Part shown: one piece after another, positions 46,802 to 58,800 of the stretch
Layout of the letters: each line of letters starts with the position of its first letter
How positions within the stretch are numbered: position 1 is the stretch's first letter
Source: a virus
DNA: 64,000 nucleotides
IMG/VR virus record: IMGVR_UViG_3300022752_000020
Location: 64,001 to 128,000 of that record
Reading direction: 5' to 3' (one strand)
Made by a program: the position numbers and the translations under genes
The notes under the pieces: model-generated
Database searches by the model: none
What the model was told of the DNA's origin: nothing
Seen by the model: the letters and a program-made list of their open reading frames with translations, nothing else

Positions 46802-49800
46802 TGTCTGACGAAAATACATTAGGAATACCTTTAGATAAAAATGAAAAGCGTAAATCTGAAAGGTTTTTACCTCAATTTTACCGTACTGATAGTAATAAAA
46901 AATTCTTGTCAGCCACAGTTGACCCTTTAATTCAAAGAGGCACAGCAAAAAAACTTAGTGGATTTATAGGTAGAAAAAATAGTAAAGCCAGCAAAGCCAA
47001 TGATATTTTTATAAATGAAGTTAATGATGAACGTAATAACTATCAATTAGAACCATGCTTGACCAATGAGGATATATTAGGTAATACAACTTTCTTTAAA
47101 GATTATATAGATTATATTAATACAATTGATGTTTTTGGAGGAGTAACTAATAATCATCAACGACTAAATGTACAAGAGTTTTACAGTTGGAATCCTCATA
47201 TTTGTTGGGATAAGTTTGTAAATTATCTACAATATTATTGGTTACCATATGGTCCAGAAACTGTAAGAGTAAATGGTACTAAAACATTAGACATAGTTAG
47301 TACCTTTAAAGTTGAAATAGTAGATGAAGGCGATAATTTTGCCTATTTAATGACTCCTGATGCACTAACTCGCAACCCAGCACTAAGATTATATAGAGGA
47401 GAAACTTATAAATTTGAAATAAATGCTGAAGCACATCCATTAAGTATACGTACAGCAAGAGTTAGTAGTACTAGTCCAGAATTTAGAGGTAGCGTTAGTT
47501 TTAACTATAATCAACATGGTAGTAATAATTTTGTTGTTGACATACTTACAGATTTTGATGTTGTACATTTAGAAAAACAACAGAAATTTGTATCCAGTTC
47601 TACAGGATTAATGAGAGCAAATGTCAAAGCTCAAGATGGTACCGTAAGAATAATTAATTCTAGTCAAACAGATCATCTAACAAATGTAGTATCAATAACA
47701 CCAACTGCTCAAAATTTATTAAAAATAGATGATGAAGTAATATTTGATTCTAATATATCTGGATCTACTGGAGTATTAGGTAGTTTAGAACCTAATCAAA
47801 CTTACTATATTAAGAGTTTTGTATATGATAATCCGCCCCCTCCACCAGAAGGCATAGCTCCTACCCCACGTAAAATTATAGGATTCACACTAAATTATGT
47901 ACCAGCAGTAAATCTATTCGCTGAAGTATATGTAAATGGTAATAAACTTAAACAAAGTGAATTTAATTTTTATACAAATGATAAAAGAAAAAGAGTATTA
48001 AACATACAATCTAATATCGGCCAAGATGACATTGTTATTTTGGACTTTTTTAAATTAAAAGAAAATGATCAGTTTAGATATTTTGATGGTATTAAAACAT
48101 TTGAATATCTAAATGATAAACTTGTTGAAACTAAAAACTTTAGTGTTAGTAAAGGAATATTAGAATTTACAGTGTCAGCTGATGCACCTGATGTATTGTA
48201 CTATGTAAGTAACATTGATCCTAATACTAGCGGATTGATTAAAATTTTTGATATTACAGAGAATACAAGTATAGATGTTGATGCTGAAATAGTTGGAAAA
48301 ATTAATTACACTTCACGAGGCATTGATCTAAGCAATGGCATGAAAATTAAGTTTGGTGGTTTAGTTTATCCTGAATCATATCGTGATAGAGATTTTTTTG
48401 TTGAAGGTGTAGGAGAAGGTATAAAATTAATAGATGTAAAAACTTTAGAAGTTGTTACAGATATAGCCTATAATGTAGACGTAAATTTTGATACAAGTGG
48501 ATATGACGAACTAGCATTTAACAATATAAATTATGCTGCTTTAGATAAGGATTATATTGTTATTAATAGATCTAGTCGTGATCGTAACCCTTGGACTAGA
48601 TATAATAGATGGTTTCACAAAGATGTAATTGAAAAAACTGCTAAAATTTTAGGCAAAGTAGCAGTGTTCGATCAAAGTCAAAGAGCTATTAGACCAATAA
48701 TTGAATTTAATCCTAATCTAAGATTACATAATTTTGGCAACACTAGTAAGAAAAATATTGATCTAGTGGATAATTTTACAAAAGATGCATTCAGCACCAT
48801 AGAAGGAAGTTTAGGATATATTGTTGATGGTATAGAATTATTTAATGGACATAGAATAATTTTTACTGCTGATTCAGATATTAGAGTAAAAAATAAAATT
48901 TACAAAGTAGAATTTATCAATGTGTTTAATGAAGATACTGGTATAACTAAAAGACTTATTCATTTAGCAGAAGAATCTGATGCTATACCACATGAATTAG
49001 AAACTGTACTAGTTCTAGCAGGTAAAGAATATGGTAGTAATATGGTTTGGTTTGATGGTAGTAATTGGCTTAAAGGGCAAGCTAAAACTTCATTAAATCA
49101 AGCACCTTTATTTGCTTTATTTGATAAAGAAGGTAGGGCATTAAACGATTCAAACAAATATGATGGTAGTACCTTTATAGGAACTAAGCTTTTTTCCTAC
49201 AGAATTGGTAATGGTAGTATAGATAAAGAATTAGGATTTAGTTTAACTTATAAAAATATTAATAATATTGGAGATATTGTATTTGATTTTAATTTAAGTG
49301 TTGATACATTTAAGTATAAACAGGAAAATAAAGTTGTAGAGGAAAGTATATCTAATAAGTTTTTACAATACTACACTGCATCTAATGAATTAAGTTTAGT
49401 TAATGGGTGGACCAGAAATAATATTGAAAATGTACAGCCTATTATTAGAATTTTTAAACAAGAATATATAGAAAAAAATGGATTAAAACAAATACAAATT
49501 AATAATTTCCCTTTAGATGTATTTGAAGATAGTATAGATTTAGAAGATTTACGTATTAAAGTTTATGTAAACAATAAAAAATTAAGTGAAACTGAGTATG
49601 AATTATATCAAGGTATTGATATAAAATATATTAGGTTAGAAAATGATATAGAAAATGATGATATTGTCACTTTAAAAATTTACACTAAAAAACCAAAAAG
49701 TACAAGTAAAGGATACTACGAATTTCCTATTAATTTTCAAAATAATCCTCTAAATGAAGACGTGACAACTTTTACTCTTGGTGAAGTTATAGATCATGTA

Positions 49801-52800
49801 GATTCAATAGTTGATAATGTGGATAGTTTTTACGGTATATACCCTGGACCTAGTAATTTAAGAGATATAGGCTACTTATCTAGTAAAGGTACAAAATTTG
49901 TACAACATAGCGGAAGCATAAATCTTAGCTTGTACCATTTAGCCAACACTGATGCTAATATTGTTAGAGCTCTTGAAAAAAGTATGTTTGACTATAATAA
50001 CTTTAAAAAATCCTTTATGTATAATACAGAGTATTTAGAAGAAGGATTAAGTGATAAAGATGCTGTAGACAAACTATTACAATCAATAAATCAAAATAAA
50101 ACAATGAATATGGCCTACTATTTTAGTGACATGTTGGCATATTTAGGCGAAAAAAATACACAATTTAAAATAAAAGAATTTGTTCAAACTAAATTTCCTT
50201 TAACAGAAAACTTTACATTGACCACTATGACGCCAAAAGCAGTGTATATCTACGTCAATAAACAGCAATTAATTTATGAAAAGGATTACAATTTTACTGG
50301 AGATGGGTTTGTAGAAATATTTATAGAGTTAAAAGAAGATGACATTGTTGATATGTACGAATATGCCAGTACAGATGGGTGTTTTATTCCACCGACTCCT
50401 ACTAGCTTAGGACTATATCCAAAATATGAACCAAAAATTTATTTAGATACCACTTTAATAACTCCTCAATATGTAATACAAGGTCATGACGGCAGTATAA
50501 TTTTAGCTTTTAATGATTTTAGAGATAATCTAATATTAGAATTAGAAAAAAGAATTTTTAATAATATTAAAATAAACTATGATCCTAAAATTTTAGACAT
50601 TTACGATTACATACAGGGACCTAATAGACCTACATCTTATAGTAAAGATGAATTTAATCAAGTACTGGCCCCAAACTTTTTTAAATGGACTACCTATGTA
50701 GATAAAGATTATACAAAAAGTCAACTTTACATTCAATCTAATCCTTTTACTTACAATTATAGTGAAATACAAAGCTTTGATTTTACACCATTACCAGGTT
50801 ATTGGAGAGGCATATACAAGTGGTATTTTGACACAGATCGTATTCATTTATGCCCATGGGAAAGTTTAGGATTTAGCATAGAACCAAAATGGTGGCAAGC
50901 AGTATATGGCCCTGCTCCTTATACCAGTGATAACTTAATATTATGGAATGATCTTAAAGAAGGACTAGTTCGTGAACCTAACAAGCCTATCAGAGTTATT
51001 AATAAATTTATTAAACCTGTATTAGAAAATATTCCAACGAATTCTAATGGTGCATTAGTTAATCCAATTCAAGCGAATTTAGCCACAGGATTATTCAACG
51101 CAAGAACAGAAAAAAATTATGTATTTGGTGATATTAGTCCTGTAGAAAATGCTTGGCGTCGTAGCAGTTATTATCCCTTCGCTATGCTAAAAACTATGAT
51201 CTTACTAACACCAAATCGTGTATTCAGTGTATATTTTGATCGTAGTAGAATATTAAGAGATCAAACTGGTCAACTTGTATATGAACCTACAGGTAAAAGA
51301 ATAAAATTAAAAGATATATTAATTACTAATACAATAAATGAACAAGAAAGGGTACAAACTTCAGGTCTTGTAAATTATATAGTAGATTACTTGATAACTA
51401 GAAAGCCTCAAGCATTAGAAAATTACAAATTTGATTTAAAAAATTTATCAAACAAAATAGGTCACAGACTAAGTGGGTTTAGCAGTGAAGAAAAATTTAA
51501 TTTAATTCTTGATAGTAGAAATATTAATTCTACAACCAGTGTATTTGTACCTAAAGAAAATTATAAAATATTTCTAAATACTGGATCACCTACTAAAAAA
51601 CTTTTTTACAGTGGTGTTATTATAACCAAACTATTAACTAGATATGGTTTAGGATATGAAATAAAAGGATATAGTCAAAATCAACCATTTTTTTATTATT
51701 TTCCTTGGTCAAAATCTGGATATAATATAAACATTGGTGGTATTAGTGAATCATATATAAACTATGAATCTAATCAAACATATGTTATTGGAAATATAGT
51801 AAAAGTTTTAGATAATTATTATAGAGTAAAAATATCCCATAACAGTGGACCTAATGTAGATTATACTCTATTAGAAAAATTACCCAGCTTGCCTATTGTA
51901 GGTGGTGTTGATGCTGAATTTAGATCAGAATTTAGTAGTATACCTCAGGTATTAAATTACGGAACTATATTATATAGCGTACAAGATGTTGTTGATTTTA
52001 TCTTAGGCTATGGAGAATACTTAAAAAGTAAAGGGTTTATTTTTGATTCATATATTGCTGAACTTAAAGATGTAGGTAGATGGGAACTAAGTTCCAAAGA
52101 ATTTATGTTTTGGATTACACAGAATTGGGGAACTGGAAAAGATTATTATGATGAATGGAAACCACAGACTAATTATAGGAGTGGTGATCTAATTATTAAT
52201 AATAATTTATTTTACAGCGTTAGACAAGATCATACTACAACTGAAATATTTGATGTTAGGAACTATATACCAGTAGAAAATATTGATAGTTCAGGTGCTA
52301 GTGCTATCAGTTTAAGTCCAGCAGCTTTAGGAATATCATTAGGATTACAATATAATGTAGTTGATAATATCATCAGTCCATTAGACTATGAAATTTTTAA
52401 AAGTGATGGTAGTAAATATGAACCTAATGATTTAAATTACTATAGAGATGGCAATAAATTTACTATAAAACCTAAAAATGAAGAACAAGGTATATATGGT
52501 GTTGGATTTCATCTAGTACAAAAAGAACATGTATTAGTGATAGATAATGTTACTCAATTTAATGATATCATTTATAATACTTCAACAGGTTATAGGCAAG
52601 AACGATTAAAGATATACGGGTATAAAACTATAGATTGGAATGGAAGTTTTGATAGTCCAGGATTTGTTTATGATTCTGCATATCTAAATGAGTGGTCTAC
52701 ATGGACAGACTATAACGTAGGTGATATTGTAAAATATAAAGAATTTTTTTATACTGCCACTCAACGAATAGATGGTACAGATGAATTTAATCCTAGTGTT

Positions 52801-55800
52801 TGGCAAAGACTAAGTCAAACACCTACTAGTAAACTATTACCTAATTGGGATTATAAATCTTTACAATTTTTAGATTTTTATGACCTAGACAGTGATAACT
52901 TTGATAGCAATCAACAGGCCATAGCTCAACATCTTATTGGTTATCAAAAACGTCAATACTTAAACAATATCATTAAAAATGATGTAAGTGAATTTAAATT
53001 CTATCAAGGAATGATAACCGAAAAAGGCACTTTAAATTCACTTAACAAGCTATTTGATGTATTAGGACCAGATAATAAAGAAAGTTTAGAATTTTTAGAA
53101 GAATGGGCTGTACGTGTAGGTACTTATGGAGCAACTAATACATTTGATGAGATAGAGTTTGTATTAGATGAAATTAAGTGGAAAACCGAACCTCAAGCTT
53201 TCGAATTAGTTAATGAAATTGATCCAACTAAAAAAGATTATGTAATTAGACAAACTGAAAATGACTTATATCTTAAGCCTCTCAATTACTCTAATAATAT
53301 TTGGCCAATTGCAACTGATTATACAAAATTTCTAAAAACTCCTGGATTTAGTAAAGTAGAATTTGCAAAACTTATATTAGATGATTTGACAGATATCATA
53401 ACACTTCAAGATACAGAATCAATAGATATAAATGTAGGCGAATACGCTTGGTGTGGTTTTCAAACAAAAATTAATCAATTTGGCGATGATTGGAATATAT
53501 TTAGATATAACAAACTAGATGTAACAGTGTCTAATGTTACAGTAAGCACTACTAATTTAATTATTACATTTAATGTTTGGCCTAACTTTGTTATTGGAGA
53601 TGTGGTTAGATTTGTCAGTAATTATGAAAAATTTAATAAATTTTATAGAATTAATAATATAAATCAAAGTTCTAAAACTATCACAGTGATAAAGGACAAA
53701 GATTTTCAAATTAATGAATTACAAAATAACACAGTTCAAACTTATGCATTTAATAATCAAAGATATAACGATATTGATCAGGTAACTATTCCTAAATATG
53801 TTAATACAGACACTAATTTATGGCCTTATGGTGAATTATTATGGTTTACAGATAACGGTAAAAATAGTATTTGGAAAAATACTAATGTATATAAACAAGA
53901 AGTTATAACAAATTTCAGTAATTTTGATAATCAAGAATTTGGTTATACTGTAGCAGTAAATGAAGATTCTACAGTACTAGCAGTGATGTCAAGAACAGAT
54001 GAAGTATGGCGTAGTAGTTGGCAATCTGGAACAACATATCAAAAGAATAACCTAGTATATAGAGATAATAAGTTTTGGCAATGTATTTCTGCTACAAGCA
54101 CTCGGGCCATATTTAATCCCAATAAATATATTACAAATGTAGAAATAATTGAATCAACTCCTGGACAAAAAATATTTACATGTGATAGTGTAGAATATTT
54201 ACAAGTAGGATCCTTAGTAGAAATAGTTGGTGTATTTGTAGGCTCTGCTCAAATTATAGATCATGTTGATGGCAAAACTTATAAAGTTAGACAAATAATT
54301 AACAATGCTAACCAAAATGATTTTATTTTAGAAAATTTAGATGGCAGTAATTTAACATTGGCAGTTGGTGTAGCTAGTAGTGTAAGCTTTTTATTAAAAG
54401 GTGATTGGACTGAAACTAATCAATCTACTAGACAAGTATTAATATATGTTAAGCCTTATCTGAGTACACAATGGGCCAAAAAACAAGTTATCTATGCTGA
54501 ATCAAATGTATTCAATTTTGGTTCGAGTATCAATATAGATAAAAATGGAAGATTTATTTCAATAACTGGTATACGAAAAAAAGTTAGTAATAATCAATTA
54601 GAATCTGCTGTATATCTTTATAGTATACCTCAAAAAATAGTTACCTTTAGTAGTAACTTTAGACTGACCACTGGGAATAGATTAGATTATGTGAATAATA
54701 AAATCGTTATACCAGGTCATCTACTATCAGAAGGGACATTAGTAAAGTATTCAACATCTGATACGCCATTAAAGGGCTTAGAAAATAATCAGGAGTATTA
54801 TGTAGAAACTCTTGATAGTGAAAGTTTTAGACTTACTCGAGATGTAGATTTAATTGATTTAATTATATTACAAAAAAGTGTATCTGGAACTCACTATATT
54901 ACTAATTTAAATATAGCTCAGAATTACAGTTTAACTACAATAATATCAAATACTGAAACTACTGATATCAACTTTGGAAGTAAAGTAAAATTTGCATTGG
55001 TTCCTAATGCTAATCCTAATTTAAGTTATTATAAAATTTACATTAGTAGCTATGAAAAGGGAGTGTTTGTTTATGAATATACTAGTTCAATAGGACCAGG
55101 ACTTAACATAGATAATAATAATCTTACGGGCTTTGCCTATGATTTTGATGTCAATAGCGACGGAACAAGAATTGTTGTTAGTGCTCCTACTCAAGGAAAA
55201 ATATTCTTTTATAATAATTCATATATACCAACAAGTATAATAAGAACAACTAGCGAAGGTTTTGGACAAAGTTTGAGTTTAAATAATGATGGTTCTTATT
55301 TGGCTGCTAGTAGTCCATTAGAGGACGGTGTAAAAACTGATCAGGGTAAGGTTAGAATATATAAACTTACTGGTAGCACTTATATTTTAGATCAAACCAT
55401 AGAAGATCGTAATCCAGAGACTAATGAGGAATTTGGTTATTATATTAAGTTTATTAACAATCAAGATAATATAGCAAAAACACTTGTAATTTACAGTAGG
55501 AAAGCTGATAGTTTTACATTAGATACTTACGATGATGTTACATATCCTCAAATAGGTGAATCTAATACTGTGGTAGATGTAGGTAGAATAGACATATATG
55601 ATAGATATTTGACCAAATATATCTATTCTGAATCACTGCCTGCAAGTAATATACCTTTAACTACGCCATATAGTTTGGCTATAGGTGAAAATACTGTAAT
55701 TTTAGGCAATCCAAACGTGCTTAAGGATAACAAACGAGATGGTAAATTGTATCTCTACACTAAAAAAGCAAACACTTATAGTTGGCAAAAGTATATTCAA

Positions 55801-58800
55801 CAACAACCCAATATTAAACTAGATTGGTTTAAAAAGATATTTGTTTATAATAAAAAGAATAACAGTTTTATAAGTTATCTTGATATAATTGATCCTGTAC
55901 AGGGTAAGATAGCAGGGGTAGCAGAACAGGAATTAAAGTTTAAAACTTACTACGATCCTGCTACATATTCCTTCAAAAATAGTACATTTAGTAAAACAGT
56001 AGCAGTAGATAGAGGTATAGCTTGGACAGATAAACATGTTGGAATGTTATGGTGGGATCTACGACGTGCTAAATTTTTAGATGCAGGATTAGGTGATGTT
56101 GTTTATAATAACAGTGTATGGAATACGTTATTCCCAACAGCCAGTATTGACATCTATGAATGGGTGGAAAGCAAATTATTACCCAGTAAATGGGATACAT
56201 TAGCTGACACTGTTGAAGGATTTGCTGATGGCATTAGTGGAACTAGTTTATATGGTGATAATGTATACAGTACCAAAACTAGTTATGATACTTTAGGTAA
56301 AAAAAATATAACAACTTACTATTTTTGGGTAAAAAATAAACGCATAACACCCAATATAAAGGATAGAAAATATAGTGCTTCGGATGTAGTCAGTTTAATT
56401 GAAAATCCTAAAAATTACAATATAAAATATATTCAATTTACATCAAGAAATAGTTGGGGATTAGTCAATGTTAAAAATGTTTTAGATAAAAAGGATGTAG
56501 CCTTAAGTGTGCAATATTGGAATTATGAACCAGATGATCTTAAGATACACAGTGAATTTAAAATATTGAGTAATAATGAAAAAACTGTAATACCAGCTAG
56601 TATTGAGGAAAAATGGTTTGATAGTCTAGTAGGGTTTGATAAAAAAGGACGTATGTTACCAAATTTAAAATTAAGTCCTAAACTTAGATATGGGATAGAA
56701 AATAAACCAAACCAAACTATGTTTGTTAATAGATTGGAAGCATTAAAGATTTTTATAGAAAATTTAAATTACGAATTAAAAGATATTCAAATAGACAATG
56801 TTGATCTACAAGATTTATATCTAAAAGATAATATTCCTGAATTTAAATTTGGATATTATGATTATGTTAAAGATTTTTATGAAGAATTAGTTTATATTGT
56901 TGTTCAAACCTTTCAACCTGGATCATTATTACCTATTATATCAAACGGTAGACTTAGCAGTGTAAAAATATTAAGTCCAGGATCAGGTTATAAATCTGCA
57001 CCAATAGTTAAAATAAAAGGTAAAGGATATGATGCAGAAGTTAAAACTCAAATAAACTCATCGGGTTCAATTACAAATGTTAAAATAGTATCAAGTGGTT
57101 ACGGATACTTAGATGATACAGAACTTGAAATCAGGCCATTAAGTGTGCTAATTCGTAGTGACAAGTATACTTTGAATGATTGGGCCATATATCATTATAT
57201 TAACGGAAATTGGATCAAAGCGAAAACTAAACAATATGATGTCACAGATTACTGGTATTTTATAGATTGGTATGCAAAAGGGTATAATCAATATACTAAA
57301 ATTGATTATATAGTTAAAGGATTCAATGAATTATTAAGCCTAAAAGCTAATATTGGAGATATTGTTCAAATTGAAAATACGCAGGGTACCACAAATTGGA
57401 CACTGGCGGAAAAAATATCAAATGATTTAGCTATTGATTATACTAAAATTTATAAAGTTGTTGGAAAGAAAAACGGTGCTATTCAAATAAGCAATAATTT
57501 TTATAATTTTAAGTTAAACGAACAGGGTTATGATGGTTTATTATATGATAGTGATTTATATGATCGAGTTGGAACTATTGAGTTAAAAACTATATTAGAT
57601 GCCTTAAAAAATAAAATTTTAATAGACAATCGTAGAAGCATTTATATGAACCTATTTTTCAGTAGTCTGAAGTATATTCTAAAAGAACAACCTTTTGTAG
57701 ATTGGTTCTTTAAAACTAGCTTTGTTAAAGTGCTTCACAATGTAGGTGGACTAAAACAAAAAGTTACCTTTAATAACGATAATTTAAGTGATTACGAAAA
57801 TTACATAAGAGAAGTAAAGCCATTTAGAACAAAAATAAGAGAATTTGTAAGCATATATGATAATACTGAAAATTCTAATAGTCTAATAACAGACTTTGAT
57901 GTACCATCTTATGTGAGCCCAGCAAATGTTATAAGAAATTTATATACTGAATATCAAAATAGTAGTGTATATGTAAATGACAATGTATTGATCAATCAAT
58001 ATCCATATAAGTCATGGATTGATAATGTTGGATTTGGTATAAAAGAAGTTGTAATTGTTGATTCAGGTCAAGGATATATTGACTATCCTAATATCAAAAT
58101 AACAGGTGCTTGTAAGAGACCTGCTAAGATTAAAATTTATATAAGTAGAGCCAAAATTAGTAAAATTGATATTTTAGATGCAGGTGAAGGATATTTTACT
58201 CCACCTACAATTAAATTAGAAGGTCAATTTACTCAAGATGGATACGAAGCTAAAGTAATAGCAATATTAGGAAATAACCCAATTAGATCTAATCATATTG
58301 CAATGAAATTTGATAGATATGCTAAGGAAACTATTGCAAACGTACAAGATATTAATGTTATAGAGAATTTTATAGGTGATTCAAGTACAACAAGTTTTAT
58401 ATTAAAATATAGTCCAGAAATAATTAGAAACAAAATTAATGTTTATGTTAATAATGTCCAATTATTCAATAATCAATTTTCTATTACTAAAACAAGTAAT
58501 AATGACAAAAAATATAAAGTTTATTTAGGAAATTTAATATTAACGAAAGCCCCAGTTGATAACGCCGCAATTAGAATAGAATATGTAAAAGATTTTAATA
58601 ACCTTAATGCACTAGAAAGAATCAAGCATTACTATACACCAACAGCAGGAATGCTGGGATTAGAATTTGATCAACTTATGACAGGTATAGATTATGCTGG
58701 AGTTAGTATTACAGGTATAGGATTTGATAAAGTTAATACTTGGGATGGAGAATATACTTGGAGCAGTAAAGGATGGGACGCAGGTGATCCTACAGATGAC